The translations under genes and the position numbers were made by a program. Below the pieces are notes generated by a model, which was given only the letters and a program-made list of their open reading frames with translations, made no database searches and was not told the DNA's origin. Shown one piece after another: positions 1 to 14,230 of a DNA stretch of 64,000 nucleotides. Source of the stretch: the human T2T-CHM13v2.0 reference genome, Homo sapiens; assembly GCF_009914755.1 (NCBI RefSeq), contig NC_060947.1. One strand, written 5' to 3'. The stretch's first letter is position 1. Each line of letters begins with the position of its first letter.

Positions 1-345
1 ACTCTTGTGCTCTCAATCTCTGCAGCTTTTTATTACGAATGCTTATTAATAGATACTACATATCCAGATGACTGCCAAACTATGACCCAGAATATTAGAA
101 CTTGTTCTTATCTTGTGCATTGTAAATAATAGATAAAATTTTAAACATTGTACTGAGTTTGATATTTACATTCCATATTTAAGAAGAGAAATTGTGCAGA
201 TTTGTAAAAATGCTTTTTTCCATTCATGATACCTAACAGTAATCATTAATGATTTTGACTGCTTATTGTCATTTTTATTGTATTCTATCATTTTCTAAGT
301 TTAGACATTGTGAGTTTGGATTTACTTCACCCTTACGGTTTAGTG

Positions 346-558
346 CAGAGATTGGCACACTGAGGCCCATGAGCCAAATCTGAACTGTCACCTATCTTAT
401 TAAATATATTGAATCACAGACGTCATCATTTACATATTCGCCATGACTGCTTCTGTACTATGTTGGCAGAGTTGAGCAATTGTGATAGAGAATTTATGGC
501 TCACAAAACCAAACATATTTGCTATCTGGACCTTTATAGGAAAAGTTCTTGACCCCTA
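346..558 (+). mobile_element. MER58A-like hAT-Charlie DNA transposon fossil
   Basis: CAGAGATTGGCACAC...TATCTGGACCTTTATAGGAAAAGTTCTTGACCCCTA resembles the MER58A consensus; imperfect 8-bp TSD gtttagtg/gtttaatc. Confidence 0.75.
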
Positions 559-3204
559 GTTTAATCCATACTACTTCTTATATCATTCTATAGAACACAA
601 TATTGTGTGAAATGGGAGAAAGGAAACATTTTTCGTCACTACTGAGCAATAGTCTTACCCCTTCCAGTAGCCACAGCCCAAAATTAATTAATTCCCTTGT
701 GGCAATCTCCCGAGCCTCCGTTTCCCAGAAAATTTTACTGAGGAAGTTGCTCAACGCCTACATGAGAAATCCTGCTACTGGACATGCCTTCACGGGCTGG
801 TTGTCTCGAATTTTGTCACCACATTTAAGAAGTCATAACGCTTTCCTAAAACAAAAACCAAGGTTTCTTGAACTCCATGGAATTATAGAAAACAGGACTT
901 CACTATTACTCTCTACTTTGCTATTTTTGCTAGTCCTAGACTACTTTGAAATGTTGTACATATTTCAACAAAAAGATTCAGAAAGCAGTTGCAGATGATT
1001 TTAATGAACCCACGAGAGGACATTTCAAACTTGCATTGCATGTGATAAATAAAGCCCAATACTGAATTTGCAAAAGAATTCTAACATTTCCAGATTAATC
1101 AGAAGCCTTTTGGAAAATGTAAAGAATGACTGCAGCATATTTGTTTTAATAGAAGTTAAAGGTTATAAGAATTTTGACACGTCCTATCTATAATAAACCT
1201 GTATTTGCTTAAATTTACATTTCCTATTACCTTAGGCACCGCTTCTTGCTTCAACTCCAGAAAAATATTTCCTTTATGCTGAGTCATAGAAAGGTATAAA
1301 TCTACAATACATCCTTCTTATAAAATAGCCATGGAATTTAAGAATTATATGTTGCTCTCAGTGCAGGTGTATAATTCATGGTAATGTTACATATAAAGGA
1401 TAATACACCTTAAAGTTGCAAATCCTAACTGGGATAATTATACCCAAAGCTTATCTAAATTTCCTTCTGCTGCCTTAAATTGATAGGTTAGTCTATCCAG
1501 TTACATGAAAATGTAGAATTCCCGAAGGATAAGCCTTTTAAATAACAGCCACTTTCATGTATTATTTTTTTGTCTGGTCAAAAGAGACAGAATCTCAGTA
1601 ATCAGTCAGTATTGCTATCTTTAATTTGTTACCTCCATTTGGGTGATAAGGAAGGATCCAGCACAGCAGAATGTTTCTAAGTTTAAAATACATTACACAC
1701 TTGATGTGAACATATACAGCTGGCCGGCGCTCTTCACAAAACACGACTTCCTGTCTCTATAAAATAACAAACCAGACTGGTCTTTGGTACCTCTACCATG
1801 TTACCTTTTACAACAGTGAGCTTATCTACCTGGACCTTAAATGTATCAATAACTACTGATTTCCTCTTGTACCATGTGGAATTTGGGAACATAAAATGCC
1901 TAAGTCTAATAACTTCAAAGTTATAACTTCTTTATGATTTGATTTTAAGCCCTTCTGAAACTTACTTTGGCGTTTGGTATGAGGTAAAAATGTACATTAA
2001 TTTTGTTTTAATATCTGCCGATATGGCAGCATCATTTTCTTCTTTAAAGAAATCACATATTTGTCACTTTTTAGTGATGCACTAGTCTGTAAGTTGAATA
2101 TTTTTATGATTTTTTGATGTATGATGGATATCAAATACATAAAAGGCACACATAGCATATATATGGTTTAAAAATAGCCTGAATATATAGACATCGATGT
2201 ATTCACTACACATCTTAAGAAATAGAAGATTAGTAGTACATTTGAAACGCTGTGCCTCCTTTCTCAATTTTATCCTCTTTCTATACATCCAGAAGTAACC
2301 AGTGGTCTGAGTTTGTGCTAAGCATCTTTTCGTAAACTTTATAGTTTGAGTGCATGTGTACTACCTACTCCAAAATGATCGATACTGATTGGTTTTACCT
2401 GTTTTGAAATTTACTTAATAGAGCAGAATTACATACATTCTTCTGGAGTTAATTTTTTCGTTAGACTTTTTTTTATAATTCTTGATGTACATATGTGCAT
2501 TTTCACATCTGTATATTTCGGTACATCAATGTACTATTTATTTATCTAATTTGGGCCAAATATGGTTAACTTGCTGGTATTGCTTATTGTCTTTCTGACA
2601 CAAGTAAATGTAAGCACCATAAGGCAGTTTTTTTTTCTCATTGTTCTGTTTTGTTCACCACTGTATCTACAAGAGAAACAGCTCACTGTTAAGATTCAAT
2701 AAATATTAAATATCAAATATGAATGAAATTCTTCCTGATGTAAATCTTTTCACATTCCATAAATACAGCTATGTATTTCATGGAAGATGTCGGTAAATAT
2801 CTTTATTTTTATAAGATGCTCGGCATCATTAACCATTCAAAAGTACAAATTAAAAACCATAATCAGACGCCATTTCACACCCATACATTGTAAAAAAAAA
2901 AAAAAAAAAGTAACAACAAAATAGATTAATCTGTATGTGATGCGAAGGAAGCTCACATTCTGCTTGCAGGGATTTAGGTTATTACAAAAACTTCAGAAAG
3001 CATGTTGACATAATCTGGCAAACAATAAAAAGGAGACAATCATAATCTATAACTCCACAATTACACTTCTAGGTATAAGAAAACTAAGATTGTTTTTCAT
3101 GGAAAAACAAAACAAACATCAAAAAACAAACAAAATACACTGTGAAAACAGCACAGATTTTATTCATTCGTTAATTCAGCCAATATTTATTGATTGACCA
3201 GTGC

Positions 3205-3405
3205 ATATGTGCTAAGCGCTTCAAATGTGTTAACTCATTTATTCCTCACAATACCACTATGAAGTGGATCCTATTGTTATCCTTATTTTGCAGGTGGGGA
3301 AATTGATGCACATAGAAGTTAAAAAGCTTGCCCAAAGTCAAAGCTATTATGGGCAAGAGCCATAATTCCAATCCAGGAAATCTAACTTCAGAGTCCAAAT
3401 TCTAA
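3205..3405 (-). mobile_element. MIR SINE
   Basis: Reverse MIR core (ttcctcacaa...ggaaattgatgcacatagaagttaaaaagcttgcccaaagtc). Confidence 0.7.
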
Positions 3406-4559
3406 AAGGTAACTTTCTGAGAGTGACAATTCACAAAAGAATTTGTGAGAGGATCTCAAATATAGTCAAAATTACCTAAATTTTAATTTAAATCTTGAGT
3501 AAGCCATGTCTAGAAAATTTTTCCACTATTGAAATATACTGCTTAATCACACAATAATATAAAAAGTTTTTTTTCAATGGCTAAGACCATCTGATTATAT
3601 TTTGTTCAGGCACAACCTAAACTGAAGTTCTCCTGAGAAGTGGGGTAATGGGCTGAATTGTCTCTAGAAGCCTATTCCAGCCTAAAGATCTTGTGATTGA
3701 TGTTTTATATCAAGCAGAATTTTTATTCCATCAAAAATTAATAAAGGGTATCTATTAATATTCTGTAATATCCCTCAGGCTATCTCAGTTAACAAAATCA
3801 TGAAATAAACTGTGACTTCTAGCACAGCCCTCAGCAGTTTAGGTTTAGCAGCTCAAAAATAAACGGGTCTCTGGACACATCGAAAGAACAATTTCCCTAA
3901 GAGAGAGAAAAAAAATACCTTTAATTGTTTGACACTCACTCATCCTTGCCTGGTTAGACGTGAATATGTAATAATGATGGACATATTGTACTATTATTAT
4001 TAATTACCTCTATATACATTTACATGGAAATTTTCAAAGTAATTTCAACTACATTAGTTCCTTTGATCCTCACAAAAGCTTTACTGGCTTTTCAGGGCAG
4101 ATATTTTATATTTTTCCCTGTTTCTCAGATCAGTACGTTGAAGTTCCTTCATCTAATACCATTTACGACAGAAGAGTCTTATTATGATTTGGTATTTATG
4201 AAATCACGAACAGAGTTTTGGGAGGTTTCCTAGACAAATGAGTAGAAAAAATGTCTCCGCATCTAAAATAAGGAACTAAAATATAAATCAATCACTCATC
4301 ATCACCATGTAATGATGAGTGATTGGCACTGAGGAGGTATACTTGGCAACTGGTGTTATTTTAATTATCCGTGTCCTACAGAGCCCAGAGTCTTCATCCA
4401 GATGGGAGAGAAATTGATGGCCAGGAAAGATTCAATTAAACATTGTGCTTGGAGGATGGATTTGGCCTTTTGTGGTAGGAAAACAGAGGCAGGCACACAT
4501 AGTAATGTCTTTGTAGAGGAACTGCTTGAAAGAAAGCAAGAAAAAGTGAGATGTAACAG

Positions 4560-6640
4560 CTAGAGATGCAGTATACTAAGGATGGACTAGCAAACAATAT
4601 AGAGTCCATGCTATGGGGGGCTTATATTCTAGTGGGAAACGGAGAGGTAAATATAAATAAATAAGTAAAACATACGATATATTTTAAGTGATCCAGCTAA
4701 AAGTAGAGGATAAGGCGAATATAGCAAATGCCAGGATAAGGGTGGGGATTTGTTATTTTTCTGTATGGTTGCCACCATTATGGTGATAAATAAGCAGAGA
4801 CCTGAAGTAAGGGAAGAGTTTTCCAGATAGAGGAAAGAGTATACAAAGCCCCTAAGGATGGAGTATTCTTAGAGTTTTAGAAGAACATCAACCAGGTTTA
4901 TGTGATGAGGCAGAGTGATCAAAGGGAAGTGAGTGGGAGATGACTTCAGGGAACTAGAGGACAGGAAGGGCATTGTAGATCCTGCAGGATTTTGTCCATT
5001 ACAGGAAGGATTGCAGCTTTTAATATCAGTAAAGTGTGGAGTCATTAGAGAATATTGAGCAGAAAAGTAACACGATCTTACCTAACCATTTAAATGATCA
5101 TTCTGTCTGCTGTGTTGAGAAGAGTCAATAGAGAACAAAGGTGAAAGCAGTTGAAAAACAGATGAGGTGAGAGATGATTACGGTTAAGATAAGGTTGTTT
5201 CCGTAGAAATAATGACAAGAGGTTAAATAACGAATACATTCAGAAGGAAGCGCTGTCAGGTTTTGCTTCTAATTTGGATGTGGGATGAAAAAGACAATGG
5301 AGTAAAACATAACTCCAATGATTTTGGCCAAAGCAACTGGAAGAATGGAGTTACCACCAAGATGGGAAACATCATGGAAGGCCAGGTGTATGTGAGGTGG
5401 AATAGAATAGGAATTCAGTTTCATACAAGTTAAGTTTGAGGTACTTATGATGTGTTTGTTTCAGTTTATTTTTGCACAACAAATGACCCCATAAATTAGT
5501 GGCTTAAAACAGTAATAGCATTTATGTTGGGTAAATGTCTGCTATTTTTAGGGTTTATTTGGCTTAGCCCATGTCTGTTCCACTATGTTAACCAGGGTGG
5601 CTCAAAGATGGGGAACTGGAATGATCAGAAACATCACTGACTCACCTGTCTGGTAGTTTATACTAGCTGTTTATACTAGTTTCCACTCACCTGTCTATAC
5701 TAGGTAGTTTATACTAGCTATTTATACTAGTTTATACTCACCTGTCTGGTAGTTTATACTAGCTGTTCAGAAAAGACCTTGCCTGTAACGGCCAGAGCAC
5801 TTTCAAGTGACCTGTTCATGTAGCCTGGGCTTAGTCACACATGGTGGCTGGGTACAAAGGGCAAATCAAACAGAGAGATAGAGAAAGAAAAATCATAGGC
5901 TTTTTTTTTTTATGACCTAGCCTTGGAAGTTACTCACTGTGAATTAGGCCACATTCTTTTGTGGAAGAAATCACAAATACCTGTTCAAGTTTCAACTAAA
6001 GAAGAAATAGATACCACCTCTGAATGGGGGTGTGGCGAGGTTCTAGCAGACTGTGTGATATTGGACACACTACTGTTAGTTACAATTGTTTTGTAAAATA
6101 TAATTCATCACAACATTCAAATAGAGATTATGAATAGGCAGTTAGTTGAATGTGTGTCTGAAGTTCAGGGTAGCAGTATTTCCAGAGATATAAAATAGAA
6201 ATTATTTAACCAAAATAGATTTAAATAAGTAAGATTAAATAAGATTATCTAGAGAACTAGTATGGATAGGAAAGAAAATCAGTCTAAGGACTGAGTCTTG
6301 GATCATTACAACATATAGAGATCTGGAAAATGCAGGAAAAACAGCAATGATTGAGCCAAAACAATGAGGAAGGGGGAAAAATAAACAAGAAAGTGTGATA
6401 TTTTGAAGGCCAAACAAAGAAAGTATTAAGAGCAGGAGTTGTCAGCTGTATAAAATAGTAACCAGTTGAGTAAGATCAGGCTAAAATAGTGACGATTGGG
6501 TATTGGAAAGGTAGAAATTATTGCTCACCTTGATAAGAGCTAGTTTAGGGGAGTGGTATGGGTTAACATCCGAATGAAGTGGTTCAACAGAGAACGGTAG
6601 TTGGTAAGTGGGAAATTGAGAATAGGGACATATTTTTGTA
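4560..6640 (-). mobile_element. L2 LINE remnant interrupted by an MLT1 LTR
   Basis: L2-like reverse sequence (gcttatattctagtggg; tggatgtggga...tttggcc..agcaactggaagaatggagtt) on both sides of 5451-6112. Confidence 0.6.
5451..6112 (-). mobile_element. MLT1-type ERVL-MaLR LTR
   Basis: Begins with reverse MLT1 end (acaacaaatgaccccataaattagtggcttaaaacag); tatgacctagccttggaagt motif. Confidence 0.65.
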
Positions 6641-6705
6641 GACAAGTTTTGGTGTCTTCCTTTGTTTTTGGATTGTATATTGTTTTCATTTAGATGTTAC
6701 TTATT

Positions 6706-7170
6706 GTATTCCTTTTCCTGTTGCAATTGTAACGGATAACCACGTTTGGTGATTTAAATAACAACAGTTTGTTCTCTTATAGTCTTAGAGGTCATGAGTT
6801 GGAAATAATTCTCACAGGACTGAATGAAGATATTAGGCAGGGCAAATTCTTTCTGAGGACAACGTGGGAGAATCTGTTTCTTGTCACTTCCAGTATATGG
6901 AAGCTGCCAGCACTCCTTGGCTTGTGGCTCCATTACTCCAATTTTTACTTTCCTCACCATGTTGCCTTCTCTGACTTTCCAGTGTTCTAATAAAGACGTT
7001 TGTGTCTAAACCTGGCTCACCACCTGGATAATATAGGATAATCTCCCCATGGCAAAATCCTTAACTTCTGTGTACAGTAACTGTTGCCATACAAGGTAAC
7101 ATTTACAGGTTCTACGGATTAGAAGGTGAACATTTTTTTTTGGGGTGGGGGACATTATTCAGCTAACCAT
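6706..7170 (-). mobile_element. MLT1C/D-like LTR
   Basis: gctgccagcactccttggcttgtggctccattactcca; ggataatctcccc; acattattcagctaacca end. Confidence 0.7.
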
Positions 7171-7919
7171 ATCCATCCATTCTAAAATAGATTTATAAAT
7201 GCAGAATAAAAATGACCTTTCTTCCTTGAAAATTGTTTTTCTTTTTGTAACGTAAGATTTCCAAATATCTACCCTTTTCTCTTTTTACTGTTCTCATGGT
7301 AGGAATATAAATCACTTCTACGGTCTTCATTTTTTTCTGTATTATGAGAGCAGAATAAAGGTCATTATTACAAGGCTGTTTAAAAGAGAACATGTAGTGG
7401 TGTGTGTGTATTTATGACATCTTTGCTTCTATGAAGTCTTAAATACACGACTATACATGTCTATAAAGATAGAGGAGGGCATTCGGTGTGTGCCAGACGC
7501 AGAGGCAGCAGCAACACATGTTCTTTTGGACTCAAACATGAACGCTCTGCAGGTGACAGCAGGTGTTAATATGGGGAAAACTGCTTTCCAGAGATGTGCT
7601 TCAGGTGGATGTCAATAGCTATGATAGTACAGTGTAATACAGACGTCTTTAGAATCCTTTTGCAGTGTGAAGCCATCTCAATTTCTTAGAGGTCAATGAG
7701 AATTGTGGCATGATTTGAAAAACTGTATTGAATTCTACCTCCTGTAAAGTCAATGAAAATTAAATGGTAGAGTAAGGAGGAGTGCCTCATGTTATGATAA
7801 GTAGAGCAAGTTTTGCACTCAGTAATATGGCAAGCCATTTTTAGTCCAAATTTGAAGCGTGAATGGAGAAGAGTAAACCCAACCTAAATATAACATAATT
7901 TGCTATGCTATCCTGTGAT

Positions 7920-8150
7920 ACATATTTAGCACGTACCAGACAATATTCTAAGCATTTTACATATGTCAACAAATTTAATCCTCACAACAACCTTATGAGA
8001 TGGAGACTATTATTATACGCACTTTGCATATGAGAAGATTGCTACAGGGTGGAGAAATAACTTGTCTAAAGTCACACAGCAAGTGACAAGTGATGCTACA
8101 GATAAAACCAAAGCATTCTTAATTTAGAGTCTATTCTTGTATCCACTATA
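7920..8150 (-). mobile_element. MIR SINE
   Basis: tttaatcctcacaacaaccttatgag...aacttgtctaaagtcacacagcaag. Confidence 0.7.
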
Positions 8151-8345
8151 CTATATAATTCCCTTGTTTGGTAGTAAATCTATTTGCTTGCTTTTGGGTA
8201 TTTTTTTCTGATTGATTTGTCCAAATTTCAATGAACAAAAGGGAGTGATACATTATATGAGTTGGTATCTGCATTTGATACAAAATTGAAACCACTTTTG
8301 ACCATGGATCTAAACAAACTTGCATGATATCACATAAAGACAACT

Positions 8346-8490
8346 ATTGATTAATAATTAAAGTACATTGATTAATAATTAAAGTACTTTATTGATTAAT
8401 CATTAAAGTACTTTAATTATTGATTAATCATTAAAATACTTTATTGATTAATCATTAAAATACTTTAATTATTGATTAATCATTAAAATT
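8346..8490. repeat. AT-rich minisatellite (ATTGATTAAT[A/C]ATTAAA[G/A]TAC..., about 6 units of variable length)
   Basis: Directly visible tandem units. Confidence 0.85.
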
Positions 8491-8808
8491 ATAAATGCGC
8501 ATATTCAGGATTTGGATATTCACATGGATATGTGCATTTATAATTTTCTATTCCCATACACATCCTCTCATTTTACCTTCAGAATCATCTTTGAGGAAAA
8601 CAGGACTTTCGTTTTAAAAATCAGTAACTGAAGCTCAGAGAAATAAGAAATTTGTTCAATGTCGCACAAAAGATGAAACTACCTCTGCAAACTGAACAGA
8701 CAGTGGTTATGCATCTCATTGTATCAATGAAAGTTCTTTTGAACTATTTCTTAAGCAGCCTTATTTTTCTTTTTGGCATGATAGTGGCAGCTACACCCCG
8801 AAACTGGG

Positions 8809-8836
8809 GTGTGTGTGTGTGTGTGTGTGTGTGTGT
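8809..8836. repeat. (GT)n microsatellite
   Basis: About 14 GT units. Confidence 0.95.
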
Positions 8837-9739
8837 TGAGGGGAGACGAATGACTAGATGACTATAAATTTCCATACTTGAAGTTCTATGATTTTCTGCT
8901 CCCTGGGAATGTGACCTGATTGAACACATGAATAGACAATATGAGCTATATCTTTCCAGAAGCCAAATTAACCTCGGAATTTACTATGGGAAAAATATTA
9001 ATAACAAAGTATCAGTCTGAATAGTCGTCAAAAATAGGACAACAAAATACAGCACAGTCTATAAAGTTTGAGCATTTATGTCAATCAGGGCAATAAATAT
9101 TAGGCAGTGTAATAAGCCTAAAACCTGTGTCTTAACATAACAAATATTTATCTCCCCCTCAGTACAAATCCAAAGCTGTTCCTAGTGGGCACCACTTCTC
9201 CATGTCAGAGTTCTCCACTTCCAATCACAAGGACAGAGGTAAGTGCTGGAGAGCACAGCGTAGAAGATCCTACAGAGAACTGTAGAAGTCAAAAATGAAA
9301 GTGGTGTACAGTACTGCCATACATACACGTTGCATTGCCCAAAACTCAGTAACACAGTAACTTCTAGATTTAAGAAATGAAGAGAAGGGAGTTTTGGATA
9401 ATGCTGTCTTCCTATATTCTCAGGAATAAAAGAAAATCTTGATGAACATGTAGTATGCACACTGCCACAGAAGCGGCACATCAAGAGTTCTACCAACCTC
9501 AAAGCTATCACCACACAGCTCTTCCCACGTGATGGCAAATTCTCATTTTCAGAGTCAGACACGGTTGAACAATGGAAGCATGTGCTTATTGTGATGTGCG
9601 TAAGTGAAATGACCTCAGCTTCCTCTGTCATCTCTTTGGCTCGATGGAAATAATTCAGCTGTATGGCATTTATCACATTTATTGAAATCTTAAAGTCATC
9701 ACGATTGTTTTAGAACTCTTCAGTTATCGTCATCAGTAG

Positions 9740-9975
9740 CAGCATTTACATAGCATGTTACAACCCACAAAGAACTTTGCAGACCTGCTGTCATTTGAGT
9801 TTCACAATAATCTTCTGAATCACTTGGGCAGGAAGCATTTCCCCATATTATAGAACAAGAAACTGAAGTTCTGAAAGGTTAAGACATTTCCCTTTATTTA
9901 AACCAGCTAGAAGATAGCCAAGCTGAAACCAGAACACAGGTCTCAGACACCGGATATCTACTACAGTGCCATTCC
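9740..9975 (-). mobile_element. MIR SINE
   Basis: ccccatattatagaacaagaaactgaagttctgaaaggttaag. Confidence 0.6.
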
Positions 9976-10814
9976 TATTATGCTGATTTACCTCTCACAC
10001 AACGTCTGTAGCAAGATTCCTACATTAGGTCCGGCCAAGAAGGACCTCTGGAGTTAGGTACTGAAACAGATTTTTTAAATTCTTTTCTTTTTTTAAGTAT
10101 GGGATTTAGTCACAATCAAAAAGTCTTTCAGTCAATAAGTATTTAGTGAGTCGCCACAACAGGGAATTAACACTGTTACGCAATGCCTTCAGACAGACTT
10201 TAGACTTTGTTAAGTGTTTAAAAATTGACTTTCACTGAGTGAAAATCCTTTGTCTTATATTTGAGCAGAATATTGATCTGAGTGAACAACTTTTTGGATA
10301 ATTTAAATATAGCAGGATTTTATATCATTCGTAAGTCAGGCCAGTTTTTCTATTGGCCGTCAATCTTGAGACAGTGTGACATTAGATATAAAATCAGTTA
10401 GTGTGTTGGGAGAAATATCTTCTTCTGTCCACACAAAAAATTTCTACCATCATACTAGGCTTAGATATAAAATAATGATTCAGGTCTGTATATTGTGAAC
10501 AAATAGGTGAAAAACAACTAGAGGTTTCTGAGCTGCCACGTGTTGGCAAACCATTGGAATGGCAGATCTTACTATACACAAGACTCGAAGGCAAAATGTA
10601 TTTGCCAACTCCCTGCCTCCATATTCAGGACCTGGATATGAGATTACACTCCATGAGCTAAACTATAAAACTCTAAAATATCCTATGATAGGAGAGATAG
10701 GCACTCTACAGAGACACCTTAAAGAAACAAAATGGGTAATGAATGCAGGCTTCTCAGCTTTCACTGTCCATCAGAATGAAAGTGTATCAGCCATAAACTC
10801 AAATAATTATAGCC

Positions 10815-11050
10815 ACATTAATTGAACACCTGCTATGTGCCAGGCATATATGCTAATGCATATGTTCCATGCATAGGTGTAATTAAGTCTGTTTGTGAGA
10901 CAACTAGAGATTAAGTTATTCTTTTATCAGCCCCATTTTACAGATAAGGCAACCAAGCAACTAAATGAGTTTCCAAAGGTCACACAGCTAGTAAATTACG
11001 AACTTCAAATCAGGATTCAGAAGCATACGGATCTGCTTTCAGAACTTGAA
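10815..11050 (-). mobile_element. MIR SINE
   Basis: cacctgctatgtgccaggca; ccccattttacagataagg; caaaggtcacacagctagt. Confidence 0.7.
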
Positions 11051-11259
11051 CAGGAGCTCAAGTGATTTCCTCATCAGGATCACCTACGTAAGGCTTAAAG
11101 TTGTAAGTGGGTCAGTCCTGCTGCTATAAGCACTGAATCTGAATTTTAAGGATGAAATGTAAGCATCTGTACTTGGAAAAATCTTCAAATATTTATACTC
11201 TGCCACGAGAAGGAAGAACCACTGCATTAACGTATACCACGTAAAACGAGGAGAGTGAC

Positions 11260-11826
11260 TGTGGTTGAAAGAATACTAACTTGGTCTCCAAAATTCCAGT
11301 TTTTTGGTGTAGGCACTCTGCATAATCACCACCCTTTGTGTGTGGGTGGGGCCTGTGGATATGAAGGGATAATCACATAACTTGATTAAGTTATATGGCA
11401 AAGGTGATGGGCTAGTCATTCCTATAATGGCTACCTTATATAAGACTCTGTCTTAGCAGATTGGAGGAGAGGACCTTCTGCTGGCCTTGAAAATGTAGGC
11501 TGCCATGTGAGAGGGCCTATAAGCAAGTCACATGGTAAGGGACTATGTGAAGTTTCTAGGAGCTAAGAACAGCCCACTGCTCAGAATCAGTAAGAAAAGG
11601 GGAGCTCACTCTTACAACTTCAAGAAACTCAATTTGCCACAATCACATGACCTGTGAAGAGGACCCCAAGTTTTAGAAATGAACACAGCCTAGGTGAGAG
11701 CCTGATCAGAAGTACTATTTAAGACATGCTTAGACTCTTAGCTCATGGAAACTATGAAATCGTAAGTGTGTGTTTTGAGGTATTAAGTTTGTATAATGTG
11801 TTGTGCAGCAATAGATAACTAATACG
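11260..11826 (+). mobile_element. MLT1E/F-like LTR
   Basis: TGTGG start; ctgctggccttgaa, gctgccatgtgaga; terminal gcagcaatagataactaatac. Confidence 0.75.
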
Positions 11827-13569
11827 GTTATCAAAGAATAATTCTCAGCACCCATTTAATCCTAGTCCAGGAGACAGGCTGCCCTGGTCCAGGAAGGCTA
11901 CCAATGTTAGATATATTTATATTGTAGTGGCAGGCTCATATCTGATGTAGCTATTTAGCTTCTCCCCTCATTCTGATGCCATACTCACCAAGAAACCTTG
12001 TGAATTTGATTTAACTTCTCCCACAGGTGCTCCTTAAATATGTGTTAACTAAAAGAAAGAAGAGCTTTAGTCCCTTGAGTCTGTCATATACCATGATAAA
12101 GAAATCAATTGGCATTCTGGTTTAGACCACATTCTCTGTGACTTTGATTAGTGTGAGTCTGCCCATGATAGATCAATGAGTTTGGGTGCTAGGAAAGCAG
12201 TCTCTGAAGCAGTTTGCCTTGTAAAAAGCCCTGTGCATCACTGCTCCTTCATTGAATAAAGATGTGTCAAGTGCTTACTACGTAGCAAACGCTATTGGCT
12301 CACATTATGGATACTTTCATTGAAACCTCATCATTAACAAGCTATTCATTTGACAAAGTCAGTGAATCAATTAAACGTAAAAGAAATACCAAGTGGGGTG
12401 GTATATGGAGGCAGAGCGATGAACAAAAAAATGCCTTGTATAGAAATCAGTGTAATGTATTACTCAAAATATAAAGCATCTGTCTTGTTCTTTTTATGAC
12501 AAAAATGTTTGCAGCCTGGCATTAACAAGTTTGACATTCACTCTCTTTTATCTGGTATTTCCTTGATGGTAAAATCATATCAGTGAACATTCTGCACCAG
12601 AATTCTGACTCCATTTGTTTTAATAGTGTGTGTAATAGAGGAAATCTGGTGCCATTGTCCTCTATTTGTCCTCTACTGCAATCTTACCTGGCAAGCTGCG
12701 GGAATCAGTACAATAGTTAATTTCTAGATAAGCATATCTTCAGAAGCCATACAAAAATCAGGTGCAGGTTTGGACTGCAAGATTGAATTTTCTAAACATA
12801 ATAGCTTAGTTGTAGCAGGGAGAGAGTAGATATTTCTCCTCTGATGCATTTCTATCCACTGATAGTGGATATGGGCAGTTAAAGGGATGGAGCCTATTAT
12901 TACTATCCTTCTTTCTGCAAGCACAGTTTTACACAGATTCATGCCTTTGCCTGCCTATCTCCTGGGCTCAGTTACCAGGGTATTTATGAAATGTCCCCAA
13001 AGGAAAAGAAAGGTCATTGAGTAAGACTGAACTGAGGCTGCATTTTCTCAAGTACCACTTGACATCAAGTACAAATATGAAATAAAGTACTGTGCTGTTT
13101 ACTATGAAAACGCAGTTGCTGTCCTTTGCAATTTTTAATTCAAATATTTAGGCAACACTTGACCTGGATCAATTCCCTGGTTACATGATGAATAGACTGT
13201 GGTGAACTAAAGTTAACACAGTTTCTGTCCTGATGACAGCAACGGCCTAGTTGAAGAGACTGATACGTAACAAATCAATTACCTAAAAACAGATGATATA
13301 TTCTTGGACAAGGATATAATAAGACTAGAAAAGCAGTAATCCCTTTACACTGTGTGTTGCTTTTCAGGTTTATCTTAACATCTCTGAGACAAGTGTTATT
13401 AACCCCCATATTACCCATGGAGAAACTGAGATAAGGTTTGGAAAGATTAACTGACATGTTGAATATGACTTGCAATTCAAACCAGATCTATAAATTTCAG
13501 ATTCAAAGCAGCTTCATCAATTCTCAAAGCAGGGGTTTTCTATAGAGAAAACGAATTCTCTCAAAATTG

Positions 13570-13979
13570 CAAATGCCCATCAATGACAGACTGGATAAAG
13601 AAAATGTGGCACATATACACCATGGAATACTATGTAGCCATAAAAAAGGATGAGTTCATGTCCTTTGCAGGGACATGGATGAAGCTAGAAACCATCATTC
13701 TCAGCAAACTAACACAAGAACAGAAAACCAAACACCGCATGTTCTCACTCATAAGTGGAATTGAACAATGAGAACACATGGACACAGGGAGGGGAACATC
13801 ACACACCTGGGCCTGTCGGGGTTGGGGGTATAGGGGAGGGATAGCATTAGGAGAAATACCTAATGGAGATGATGAGTTGATGGGTGCAGCAAACCACCAT
13901 GTCATGTATATATCTATGTAACAAACTTGCACGTTGTGCACATGTACCCCAGAACTTAAAGTATAATAAAAAAAAGAAA
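13570..13979 (+). mobile_element. 5'-truncated L1PA (PA7/8-era) 3' end with poly(A)
   Basis: ORF2 C-terminus (WIKKMWHIYTMEYY..), 3'UTR and A-tail; TSD agaaaa[c/t]gaatt[c/a]tc at 13546-13560 and 13980-13994. Confidence 0.9.
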
Positions 13980-14100
13980 AGAAAATGAATTATCAGGTGG
14001 ATGTGATCTCATGTGAATAGATATAATGAGCGGGGGCAAATTAATGATACAAAGGAGGGCAAGGTGAAAGGCTGATAATTACAGGATCCCGTGGTTGAAG

Positions 14101-14230
14101 TGAAGCAGAAGATAGGATGACAAGGAGAGAACCAAGGTGTAGAGCTGAGCTAGCAGCATAACTAGTGAAGCAGAAGATAGGATGACAAGGAGAGAACCAA
14201 GGTGTAGAGCTGAGCTAGCAGCATAACTAG
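14101..14230. repeat. Perfect 65-bp tandem duplication
   Basis: 14101-14165 is identical to 14166-14230. Confidence 0.95.

Noticed and set aside
603-998. 131-aa ORF
   Set aside because: TTG start, no recognisable domain, no supporting exon structure; consistent with a chance ORF.
9182-9676. 164-aa minus-strand ORF
   Set aside because: Overlaps an old LTR-like remnant, has a non-ATG start and no recognisable homology.
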